DNA of 64,000 nt. Source: Antedon mediterranea. Its lineage: Eukaryota; Animalia; Echinodermata. Shown here piece by piece: positions 24,710 through 37,800 of this stretch. The stretch lies in NCBI RefSeq assembly GCF_964355755.1, contig NC_092670.1:15300795-15364794 (forward strand), in the 5' to 3' direction. The first letter of the stretch is position 1, and the number at the start of each line of letters is the position of its first letter. The translations under genes and the position numbers were made by a program. The notes beneath the pieces were generated by a model. It was not told where the DNA came from. It was given only the letters and a program-made list of their open reading frames with translations, and did not search any database.

Positions 24710-27700
24710 ATGAATTTCTTGTTTGGTAAAGTGGTCTTAATTACAGGTACAGTAACATATTTAGTATAGGTGTACCGATATTAATAAGGTATTATGCCAG
24801 TAATCCTACACACGAGAGACACATTACTTTGATAAACATCTAGTGTTTTCTTCGGTGGCTTATCCAGGATTCTTGCCTTTGCATTTGCATTTAAAATTGT
24901 GTTTGTTAGAAACTATGAATAATATATTTTATAATATCGATTAGGCCTCATATCGATTATGCTTCATGTCATGTACCGATGTTTTATTAAAGTTTAATTC
25001 TTCTCAACATAATTTCCTGATTTTGTTAGTCTATGCATCATGGTAGTTGTACGAGGATTGTGTTGATGGTGATGGTAGTGATTATGACTACGACACATTA
25101 CAAATCCACTTTCGAAGACTTTTTACAGTGTATCTTGTATATATCTTTGTACAATTTACCAAGATTGGTGAATGAATTCTCTTATAACGGTTATATTGTT
25201 AAAAATAGTTATTCTATTTCTATATCAGGGGCAAGTACTGCAATCGGTGCCGGGACAGCGGTACACTTCGCTACATTGGGATGTGGCTTAGCGTTGGTCG
25301 GCAAGCATATGGACACACTCCAAACAGTAGCTGTAGAATGTGAAGAAAGGGGACTGGAAAGAGACCAGGTTTGATTATTCCCATTATCTGTAGTGTTTTT
25401 TTAATTACTGACTGCATTTGTGTTATGTTGCGCACTTCTTTCTAAAGCTCCGTACGTTTACACACAATTCAATTTACTAATCGAAAATATTACTATAAAT
25501 GTGTTCAAGTCTATGTGATTTTACAAAGAACTAGTAAGTCTGGACAGTGTAACATGAAAACACAATGTGTTTGTTATTCATGCTATGTTAAAAGACATAG
25601 AAAATTGAGAAAGGTCAAAAGTTGTTTAATGTATTATTCCCTAATCATTGTCTTTCTCCGTTTCAATTTATACATTACTGCGGAAAGTTATTTTTATTAA
25701 GCATAGTGTCAAGCCATATTCATTTTAGAATATTATTGTATTGCAGATTATATTGGTAAAAGCTGATGACACGAAGCAAGTTGAAGAAACGATTTCATCG
25801 GTGATCAACACATTTAAGAAAATCGACATTGTTGTAAGTAAAAACAAACATACATACTAAAAGTTGGGTACCAACGTCGAAATAAAGGAGATAGTATTGT
25901 ATGGTTGTTTCTCCTCCGATCATTATGTAATTTTCATTTTGCACGCATGTACATGGTGATACTATAACTCATTACAATCAGTGTGAATACGTTAAAATAT
26001 AAATCTTTTAAAAATCCAATGTGTGTTATCGTATAAGTGTGATTCTTTCCCAGGTTAACTGTATAGACTGCATGGCATATGGAGGCCTAGAATGTTCTGG
26101 GGATGTCTTCGACAAAATCTTTGAAACCAATGTGAAGTCAATATTTACGATTTGCAAAGCAGTTCAACAACATATAATAAAATCTAAAGGTTAGAATTTA
26201 GGTTATTGAATATTTGCAATCCCTGAATGCAGTACACCTGAAAAGGGAAAGAAGTATATACGCTACCATATAAGGCATATTATAGCTCAAAACTGAAATA
26301 TTTAATGGAATATATACCATCATGAAATAACACGTTTAACTGGCATGAAATGCCTTTCAAAGTATCATATATATAATATAGATTATTTATAACTTTTTTA
26401 AATATTTCAGGTGTGATCATTAATGTTTCAAGCGCGTACAGTTTAAGATCAGTAAGTTACGTGTTTTGAATCATATTTCTCACTTTATACCATACTCACT
26501 AAATATACTTTACTAGAAAACAACTTATTATGTTATAGGCCTACATTTAAGTATTGAATATTATTAATTGCAATGTTTCTCTCTCTGTTAGTCACCGGGT
26601 TTAATGATATACGGAATGTCAAAAGCTGCCGTGGATCATATGACAAAAACTCTAGCGTTAGGTGAGTAATTGTTTACTATACTTATTTCATTCTTATTCA
26701 ATCTTTCTACATAAAACAAAAGGTTAAACAGGAGCAATGTGCCTATATCCTATACTGAAATGTATCATGATTTGAAAGACCTCATTCTTCCCTGATTTAA
26801 AATAAATGAAAAGTGAAATGTGTTTTTTTTCTTCATAGAACTTGCTTCAAAACAAGTACGAGTCAACGCTGTAAAGTAAGTTTTCAAAAATAACAATTTT
26901 AGTAGCATGCACCTTTTATTTATTTCATTTTTTTTAATACTGTATGTCATTTTAATTTCACATCATTATTCACCTAAAAACAGTAATTTAAAGCAAAAAA
27001 TAGTCAAATTGACTGGAAGTCAATTGGTTTGTCTTTTGAAAGTGAAACCGTTTTTTTCCTTACGGACGTGATTTACTATCTGCGAAATGTCAAACGTTTT
27101 TTTTTATTAAAATTCATTTTTCGTGTGTTTGGGGGTGACAATACATCTTTAACATTTTAAAAATAGATGATTATTAATCAACTAAGTTCTTTATTTTAGT
27201 CCTGGAATTGTACAGACGCCGTCTTACGTCAGACCAAATACAGATTCTGTAGAACAGGTATATCTTTGTATTCATTGTTATTATACACCGTCATTAATGG
27301 GAATAATCTATAGAGTTTTGCTGCTACACAGTGCAGAACATGTCCTTATTTTAAAGCTTAGCTATTATAGCCATTAATATTTTAGGTAATATTTGGTTAA
27401 ATGTACATAATCTAAAAATATGTAACATAAATCATGAAATATTCAATGCAAACATGTTTTGCTAAAAAGTTTACTTTTCACATTTTGTTGAAATGCTTCT
27501 CTATTTTACAACATTTGTGTACAATAGAATAGTGGATATATGAAATAATAAATTTAATTATTTTTAACCATTGTATTTTTAAATTACCAGATGCGTGCCG
27601 AAGTTCAGAAATGGCACCCATTAGAACGAATCGGTCAAGTTGAAGATGTAGCCAAGGCAATTGCATTCTTAGCTTCAGATGAAGGAGGCTTTATTACTGG

Positions 27701-27752
27701 TGAAACATTACCAGTCGACGGAGGAAGGCATATCAGTCAACCAGAAAAGTAA
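24710..27752 (+). CDS. Classical short-chain dehydrogenase/reductase (FabG-like), ~255 aa
   Basis: Exons 24710-24746, 25229-25368, 25747-25833, 26054-26189, 26411-26451, 26592-26661, 26839-26875, 27200-27257, 27591-27752 total 768 nt, open. Motifs [48 protein letters not shown]. Confidence 0.9.
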
Positions 27753-29466
27753 ACAGAGTGCTGTATTTTGGATATGACATTATTTTCTAGTATCAAATTC
27801 TGTAATACAGCAGCACATATATATAAATCACATGTTGTACCTGTATCGCGGAACGTTGTTATGATACGACATGTAAAACGGAGAGAGAGATTCTATACCA
27901 CGAAGTTTGCTTATGATAGTGGACAAATTTAAATACAGTCCAATTAAAATCGGCTGCAAAAACAGAGAAATCGTTAAATATTAGTAACCTGACCTTCCGT
28001 TTCCACAACAAACCAGGCAAATGAGTTAGGCCTACTAGAATACTAGGCCTACATTCTCCTATAATGGACCCAGAACCGTTGTGAAGTCTCTGTGATTTCG
28101 TTTTCAATTATTAATGATAAAATAGTAAAGTACTAGCAAACGTAAACAATAAACATGAAGAAAATATTGGCATGTAAATGTGTTTATTTCATCTGTGTAA
28201 ATTAATATCAAAGGCGATGTATCTTTATTCGTCATGGTTTAAGAAGGTCAAATATTGCTAACAACTCGTTGCATAAAATGTTAAATTATGAAAATTAACG
28301 TCTATGCAATCGCAATAGGGTTCAATACTTCTTCAATTATACATTTATCTTATTGATTTATGTTATAACAAGATCTCTTTAATATTCAAAATAGCTGCTG
28401 TATGGTCTTCTTAAATTTTGGACGCTGCTATTTTGCATATTATAGTTACATCACGAACCATAAACCTTGGTTCCCACTTAGACGCAACGAAAGGACATAA
28501 GCGCGTCGTAAGAGTAATTTGACCAATCACGACAGAATGGATGTCGCTTGTGATTGGTCAACTCACTCGCGTCGCGCCTACATCGTTGCGTGGAATCTAA
28601 AAGTGGGATCAAACTTTAAAAACAAGTGGGAAATACTTATGCATAAACTCATAAATGCCTATTTGCAATTACACGATAAAACTCCTAAAAATTCTCAAAA
28701 ACATTTTCATTTGTAATTACAACGTACTGGGTTGGTAGATGCTACTATCGTTTGTCTTAACATGACGGAGTAATTTGTTATTTATATTTTATTACCTGCA
28801 ACATTTTATTTATAATCAAACTATTATAAGATAACACGAACAAATCCTTTTGAAATATTTTACATCTCAATAATTAATGTATCAACAAGAATTTTGCTAA
28901 AAAAACGAAAATATGTTGGAAACAATTTATTTATTAATAATGTAATGCATTCGTTGTTTTGATATACAATTACTGATTTAACTACCTATCTAGATCAATT
29001 TACAATACACAGATTTATATAAATGCGTATGAAAAAAAACAGCGGTAAAAATTAATAATTATTTAAAACATTGCATGATAATACAGTTTTTAACAACTGT
29101 GTTCAGGGAATGAAATTAAAAAAAAAAATGTTTTCTCATTTGAAATATGAGGCCTATGATTATGATCTTAGTAAAAAAGAATAACCTAACTACATACACT
29201 CACCTACTGACTAAATTAAAAATGCCAGTTTAATCAGACACAAACAAATAACATTTTCTAAAAAAAACTGTTTCCATACATATAGTACAGGCGGAATAAA
29301 AGAAGTGGTGAATTATCGTGTTTCTGGAAAGTATAGAGATTAGAAAGATTTCTAACAACTGGTAAATATTCTTGTAAAATTTCACAATTCATTCATTTTG
29401 TCGTGAAACTCATCATCAAATAACCTGCATGTTATCTTTCAAATTGAGTCATGTGATGTCGTTATC

Positions 29467-32400
29467 TCACGATTTTGTCTCTACTGTATCATCTTCAAGA
29501 TCAGGTAGTTCTGGAAAATCAATTTAAATAAAGTTCAATGTAAAAATAACAATTTAGTAGATAACTCTCTTAATAGCTTTTTATCAAAATGCACCCTCTC
29601 AAGTACTGTACTTAATAAACAGTGCCCTCTCTGCTACTCAACAATTATACACTGTACCCTTTCAACTACTTAACAGCGCCCTCTCAAATACTTACTAAGC
29701 AACAAAATGCACCATTTTAAGTACTTAATAGTGACCCTCTACTGCTTAGAAATAGCACCATCTCCGCTACTTATATTACTAAATAATACCTTTTTAATCA
29801 ATTATAGTATAAAAGTGCACCGTCTGAACTACTCAACAAAGAGCACTCATTCAACTACTTAATATGTAGCGCCCTCTTTGCTAAATATAAAATACCACTC
29901 TCTCAACTAGATAGCACCCTACAAAGTACAGTATTTATTAATTAGCGCCCTCTCTGCTACATATCAAATACTGCTCTCTCAACCAGATAGCACCCTACAA
30001 AGTAACTAAACTTTTACTTACGTTCATCATCACTGTCATCGCTTCCTTGATTAAGATCATCCAATCCTGGAAAGGCAGCACCGCCGCCACCCATCTGAGC
30101 CATCATCTGAAAACGAATCAAGAAATTGTGGTTTGCTATTGGACGGAATTGATAAATGGTGGCGATGAACAGTACTTGATCAACATGGATGAATAGCAGA
30201 CCAGCTTGGCTATAATTCTTCACAGGAGGGACTTTTCCACAAGGCTAATTGAACAGCAAAAGATGCATGCATGTTCAGACCTACAGAGTTATGTTTTCAT
30301 ATCCTGAACCAGGATTAGTGGAAGCCACCTCTTTTGACACTCATCTTTCATTCGTTACAACAGCTCAAGGTACAAAATTAGTGAACGACGCTTACGATAC
30401 TATACGACTCCATGGATCTGAACATTAAGTTAACAAGCCAAGTGAAATATGATTAATAATCAACAAACCTCTTCAAGATTTCCTCCCATTCCACCGGGCA
30501 TACCTCCCATTCCACCAGGCATACCTCCCATTCCACCAGGCATACCTCCCATTCCTCCAGGCATACCTCCCATGCCGCCCATTGGACCATCTTCTTCATC
30601 CGATTCATCCTCATCTTTCCATTTGTTGAAGTCTGTCTTCAAGTAAGGTAACTATAGACCAATGAAAAAACATATTTTTATGCATAAAAAGGCACGCGTG
30701 TTCACATGAAAGAAATCAATGTACAGAATATATTTTAATTTAATGCCCATTTATACTAGGATAATATCAAACGATGATAAATATATATAATACATATTTA
30801 CAAAAAACAAAGACAAATAGAAAAGTTTTCGTAACAGATCAGAATAACTATATATAACCTCAAAATAATATTTTCAAAAATCTAATGAAATAATGTCACG
30901 ATTAAAGAATAATAAAATCTATATTTATCATCTTTGTCCTTCATATGTAGCGTAAACAGCTTTTTGTAGATGAAAATATAAATGTTATGATACACGTCAA
31001 ACTATTGGTTCTCCCGATTTTCACATAAACAGTTTTAGAAACATGCATGTACTGAAGTCAAATAAATTAATCATAAATGAATTACTTGCACATACCTTAG
31101 TTTTAGTCATCCTAGGCCAGTATGGTCCAGGTGTCTTTTTTTGTACAACAATAAATATCTCCCTACTACTTATTCTTGTTTTTGGTTCCTACAAAAATAA
31201 AAAATGAATGCAAAAAACAAACTGCAGCAACAAATTTGCAGAAGACTACACTAGAAAACTTTAGTTTTTGAACAAAAATGTGGTATTACTAGCACTGTAG
31301 ACTAGGCACATCGAATACTATAAAGCAACCATCATGCAGTCTTAAATTTTTGCAATAAGGAAATCCTGAAAAAGAATTTGAATCTAAAGAAAAAATAATC
31401 TATTTGTGATAAATAATTTTAAAAGAATAAAAATACAGATTAATGAACAATAAAGATCAATAATTCTTGTTGGTCTTTTAACGCTGCGAGACATCAGTAA
31501 ATCGCACTTTATAAAAGTTTATTTAATATTACTATTACTTAACACGATGATTTTTAATTTGAAAACGGATAATTAACCGATAAACTGCCTGTGGAAACAA
31601 GGTTAAAACGATTCCACTAAAAAAAAATAAACCAATAATTATCTCATTTAAGTCAGATAAATGCGATAATATTTAACCTTTGACCTGAAGGACAAATTGT
31701 TTCAATGTGATTGGACTGGTTCCGCTCTGGTTATTTGGTAATGACTGATCATGCGCAATTTATTGGTTAAACAATTTGGTTAAACAATATTGTTTTGGCT
31801 GCAGAAGCACGACCTTACTTAGATAAAATACTGTAACAAAACAATTTTTAAAAATGACAATAATCTCCTTAATCCTTACATTTTCTTCTACTAAATCATA
31901 GAAGTCTAACTCTGCCTTGTAAGATTTTTGTTCAGGCCCTCCTTTACCCTCAATATGTAACTTGTTTTCTGTACATGTTAAATTTGACACTTTAAAGTCA
32001 TCCACAGTCACTGTTATTAGTAGAGTGTCCTTTCTTTGTGCCCAAAGAATTTGAGGGTGCAATCTGCAATAAACAATTGTTCGATATAGTAAATAAATCA
32101 ATTACATTTTGCAGGCACTAGGCCAACCAATAGTGTATAGGCTGTAGGCCTACTTTCGCACTTAACTTGAAATCACAGGGATAATTATATTAACTATGAA
32201 TGAAATCTGTAAATATAATTAATAAATTAGGCTATCATTTATAAATTAAAATAAGACTTCATTAATATAATTCACGGTCATCACCACGCAGGCCGGTGAA
32301 TGCTTTTAAATTGGGCCTCAAGCTTGAGAGATTTGAACAAAAACGGGGAAATTCCCGGTCACTCTTTGTTAGGCTTGTCGGCTTTCCGCAAGCACCGACT

Positions 32401-32578
32401 AAATGCTAGGCCTACATCACCGGTGGTCGGTGTGTGTGGTCGGTGGGAAACCGTGTGCTCTTTCTTCGAGTCCTCTCTATTCTACTTACTACTCTAGCCT
32501 AACTAACTAGCCTAGGCCTAGTTTAATCATAGGTTAAGATTACTAATTAAACTTATTTACTTACACAATATCTGCCAT
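29467..32578 (-). CDS. PTGES3: p23 Hsp90 co-chaperone / prostaglandin E synthase 3, ~200 aa
   Basis: Exons 32578-32565, 32063-31880, 31188-31096, 30651-30469, 30106-30022, 29510-29467 total 603 nt. Motifs HPQILWAQR, YWPRMTK, LKTDFNKWKDEDE, DDSDDEQLPDLE. Confidence 0.93.
29580..30005. repeat. Degenerate minisatellite (gcRccctctc..ctact units) in the last PTGES3 intron
   Basis: About 12 diverged units sharing agcgccctct / gcaccctct. Confidence 0.55.
30483..30582 (-). repeat. Coding 21-bp tandem repeat encoding (GGMGGMP)n in p23
   Basis: cctcccattccaccaggcata repeated about 4.5 times inside exon 4. Confidence 0.85.
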
Positions 32579-34816
32579 TGTCTAGATTGTACTTATGACA
32601 ATTCTATTCGAAACACCTTGCTTGGGCCTACCGTCCTAGCCTAAAATAGTTTTTTTGGGAAATTTGGATGATTCGCGATTCAATATCCACGGGCACGTGT
32701 GACCTTCGAACTCACGTACGTTTCCAAAACATTTTAAAGATTTTAAATGATTATTATAACAATAAAATAATCGCATTATTTATTACTAATAATATTATTA
32801 GTATAATATTATTTTCAATCTTTTTTTTAAAACAATATAGGCATAACTAGGCCTAGTAATAGCTGTATAAACGCAAATAACTAAAATGTAACCGATAGGA
32901 AAATTGGAATTGCGCCCTCTCTACGACGATGGGCGACGTGATTAAAAGTGATGATTTTGTAAACATCGGTGACCTTGTGAAATCTGAAACTAAAGAAGTG
33001 AATGACTTTTTTCTTTATTTTTCATATTATGGTGGTTATTAATTATTTAAATGCATAGAATAGTTTGTATCTAAAAGTATGAAATATAACTTATTAATTA
33101 TATAGATTGGTTTATGAACGTTTTAGGCACAATATCGCGCAATAACTTGCCAAACACGAAGATAGGCCTATTATGTGCCAAAAAATTCATTCACGGTGTG
33201 GCCAGGGTCTAGATTGATTGCGGTTTAGTTTCCTATCCAGGGTCTTCGCTTTGGTTGACCATTTGCGATAGGACGGTATACTATACCGTGTAGTACTAGA
33301 GGCCTAGCTTAGCTCGCCCTGTTTTCTGTCCTAAAACGTAATTATTGTAGCAGTCTTGCTAGCCTATATTTAATAATTTGACAATTTATTTGATGAGAGC
33401 TGATATTATGTTTTCTTTTCAAAAAATATATAAATTAAATGGTAGGCTAGGCCTACTACTAGTAGTATAGGCCCTCTGCCTATGTATAGGCCCATTAAAA
33501 GATTGCTAGCTAAGGTATTAAACAAACTTTTTACGTTAGAAACCTAGATAGACAGAGAGAGTGATGCAAGAAAATGGAAGAAAACGCTGCATTCCTAATT
33601 TGATTCTTTACTCTCGTTCTGTTGTCGTGGTGTGATGCTAAACCGGTTTTCCTGTTAATTGTACACAAAAAAAGAATCATATCCAACACCCAGTCAGCAT
33701 TATTATGAGGTGGACTTCAGTAGTGCGCATGGGGCTCCAGTAGGGTGTAGAGGACCTAATCCAAATTTTGTAGCATGGAATATTTGTGCCATGGCCCATG
33801 TAGCATGCTATAGCCAAATGCTACACAACATCATCCTATTGCTTTCATTCATGGTAGAGCCTAAAACGCAATACAAAACTATGTTTCCAACCCCAATTTC
33901 AGGTTGATCAGCAGTTATGGCAAATCGGTAAAATGAAAAGTCTCTCTATTGTAGTATTGTATCACATTACATTGAGAATGGCATATAGGCCTACGACATT
34001 CATAATATTATAATTTTGAATTATTTCCATTCAGACATTGTAATAAATCACTTTACAGCAGGTGTAAAGAGACCATGCAAGTAAATTGTAAACTTGTAGA
34101 ATGTTTAAGTAAAATATAATTGCAGCTCTGCCCGGTTAAGCCCTTTCCATAGCTAGGATCTTTCAGTTATCATCAGTACATACTGTAGGCCTATAAGAAT
34201 TGTGCTTGAATATCATCATTACATTGTTTTAAGGGAGGGGTCCTGGATAAGCTAATGTAGTGTATAGTCAAGCTAGAATACCATGACTTCGCCCTACCTC
34301 AGCGAACTAATCCTAACACCACCACAATAGTGGATTCGATAAGAAGAAGGGAGGGGAGAAACTTGCAAAGAAACCTTAATGTTAATGGTTGTAAATTAAA
34401 ATTAAAGTAGATGTCTTGACCATCAAATTATTCTGTTGAGCTGCAGTTACTGCAGTACTACATTTGTTTTACTCTCTAACCTGTTTACAATTCAAGATGT
34501 TTTGAGGCACACTGTTTATTGCAGTGACTGCTTCTTAAAAATCATACGGTAGTAACCAATGCAGTAGAATAATTGTGACTTGATCCCTATATCAGTTTTA
34601 CAGTAGTTATATAAATTTGGACCATTAAACCCTAAATTGTTGTTAATAATGATATAAACAATTCTGCTCCTCAATTCAGCCGTAAACAAGTACTTTTTCT
34701 ATTTATACAGAATATACAGTTCAACTGAAATAGGCGTTTTCTAACTACCATACTCAGTGTATTCTGAACTGCATTGCTGGTACCTGGACCAAATTGTTGA
34801 CAGATCTTAGAAGACA

Positions 34817-37800
34817 ATGGCAACGGATAGAATGGACGTTGATTTTGATGATACCTGCAAGGTATGTTGTTGGTGAACATGTGGGATAGTAGGGTGGTTT
34901 CAGTGAGGGAAACCCAGCCATCTTTCGGGTTGAGTATGGGTTTACCTCAGTGTTCACCCTGCTGTTGGAGCCTGTTGTTCACCTGCACCCACTCTCACTA
35001 CTTATCATTTGAGCTACAAAAAAAATGTCGATGAATGTCAATTTTGCAGATTATATTAGGTCACATAATGACCCTTAAATGATAACAGTTTTTTCACCAG
35101 CTGTCCCAATATAAAGGTTTTACCAAGAGAGGGTCAATACAAATAAATAATTTTAATTCAATACACTATATTGTTTGAATTATCTCCTTAAACACCCCCT
35201 CCCCCTACCCCTTTTCTCTCTCACTTTTCCATCACCCATCTCATCATGGAAGCTTTTTAATTTTCATTCAAACCTATCCATTCAACATAGATAACCAACC
35301 CACAACAGAGTTAATCTTGTCAAAACACTAAATAAATACCAAGTCTATTGAACAAATGTATTTTTATATTTAGGGTGGGTTCACTCCATTTGCGTCCCGC
35401 TCTCTTCCCCTCACACACTGTACCCTATGGAAATTCAATAAAAACAACAAAACACAAAGCTGCATACTTACTGTACTAGTTTTCATAAACATCCTTCTTA
35501 TCTATGGTGCTCTATCTGTTGATATGCTACAGTACATTATGAATAAGCTAGCTCCAGATGGTTGGTTTACATAAGACTGATAACTTAAAAACATAGCCAT
35601 GGTAATGACCTTGACAGTCCAGCCAATGGTCAATGTTCACTTTACTGTCCATGACATTGAGGTCTCAACTATCTTGTGTTCATGACATTGACTGTTTTAA
35701 AGTGCCTAGGAGAATATTTGCCAGGACAGCTGGTGTGCATCTACTGTAGGTCTGCAAGGTCTGTGACTTTAATTATTTATCAAGGTTTAATTATAATAAG
35801 TCAGTACCAACAAACAATAGGTGTTGTGTAGTGTTGGACAACTTCCAAATATTAAAGGGAACAAAATGTATGGTATGTTTTACAATTCAACAAATTGCCA
35901 GTCCCCTTTAAAATTGTTATCTTTATGGATTGTGAATATGCCATAATGCCACACTCATAAAAATTACAATTTTGTTAAAGTACAGCTACTGTATTTTACC
36001 TGTTCCATGTCTTCCATTTGTTTGTTTAATTATTAATTATCCACTGTTTCTTGGTATCTACTGATATGTTATGTAAGTCTGTCTGTTGATCCATAATAAG
36101 GCATTGTACATCTCATGTCATGTTTAATACTGTACATGTTGTAGATGAGTTCAACATACCATTCTCATTAATAACATTAACTGGCTTTACTTAAATGTCA
36201 AGTTTGAGGTCAATGGTCTGCAATCTAGGGTTGCTTGACCTCTATGTCACTACTTAGCCATTCAGGGTCATTGTTATGTAATACATTCTTGATTGCATAA
36301 ACCAATCTGTTTTTTAAATTGGTATTTAAAGGGTCTCTGGCTTAATAAGCATAACATAATACATCCAGTGATCATACTACTTACAGTGCTATGTAAGAAG
36401 AGTGAAATGACAGATTTTGTTCTCTGGAACTATTTTTAGAATTTTACATTTTTCAAAATGACTTTGATTTGAATACATGGAGTGTATTTAAATTTAAAAT
36501 TAACGGTGTTAACATCTGATTGCTGTAAATCTGGAATTGTATCGCGGTTGACTACTAGAACATTTGCTATGCCGCTGTTTAAACTTTCCTTGTGGCAGGG
36601 TCCATTGAACTCATCTGTGAGTATGTTGTTGTTTATAGCTACAGTAAAGCAGTTTCTTCTGTCAATCTCCTCAACATTACCTCTGTTTAATTACAGATGT
36701 TATTCAATTTTCAGATTCTGTATATGTATATTTGTTTGCCGATTTGAAATCTACTTATATTTATTTTGGTCATTTTATGGAAACAAACATTAAAAATGTC
36801 ATCGCTAAAAAGGTTTTGCTGTTTCCAGACAAAGGGGAAATATTATACTGTAATAAAATAAATAATTCTAATCTCATAATTTTATATTTGGTTGTGTATT
36901 TTAACATTTACTTTTTTATAATAATTCAATTTGTACATTTTGTTTGCAGGACCTGAGCTCGTTTGCGATGCCTCTGCTTGAGACAGATGAGTTAGATGGG
37001 ACCAAAATGTCATCGAGCCGAACGTCTCGTAGTAGTAGCAGTAGCGGCTCGTCATCGCCACGTGCAATGGTGGGTGATAATTTTAAGGGGAGGCGTTTCT
37101 CGTTTCCTAGCAATACCACCAAGCTGGGGCTTTACAAGTCCGTAAGTTGCTTGACGTTATAAACGCACTTTGAAATTTATTCGATTTGCGTTTTTATCAC
37201 AAGCACGGTCGTGTGTAAATTCATTCTAACGACACTGGGATAACATTTACAAAAAAAAGTAAAAAGTGATGCTGTAGCTTGGTGTTTTTTGTTTGCCTTT
37301 TAATTTTAAGGGCCTATGTTCAAATCTTGTGATACTCCCATTATTGTTTATGTGTATTAACCTCATTGTAACAACACTGGTCTTGCTTTTCAGAACCTAT
37401 CTAAAATAATGGCACAGGCTTGGTGGTTTTTATGTTTAAAGCTTAAAATTTCCTGGGTTCAATTCAGCTGATTATACTTTTCCTTTTAATTTTGTCAATC
37501 CTGATTTGATCAGTTTTAGTTTATATTTAAATTAATATTCTTTTTTTGTGTTAGCACCATTCTTGGTGTGTTTCGTAATGTATGTTTGCGCATGTGATCT
37601 TGTATTGTTTCACAGTTGAGGTAATTTCATCAATTCCATAATTCTTATTATTATATTATTGTTTGTTCAGTATTCATGTTTTCTATGTTTTTTTCATTTT
37701 CATTACTATGTGTGAAATAACATCATATTAGCTAATGTTAATACAAATGACATTATTAACATTCATTTCATTTCAAAATGTTCATTGCAAATTTTGTTTA

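Noticed and set aside
30449-30646. Pro-rich ORF (PPIPPG)n
   Set aside because: Antisense reading of the p23 GGMGGMP exon.
32929-33058. Short ATG frame MGDVIKSDD... as PRKAG first coding exon
   Set aside because: No convincing donor or homology; may be promoter or 5' UTR.
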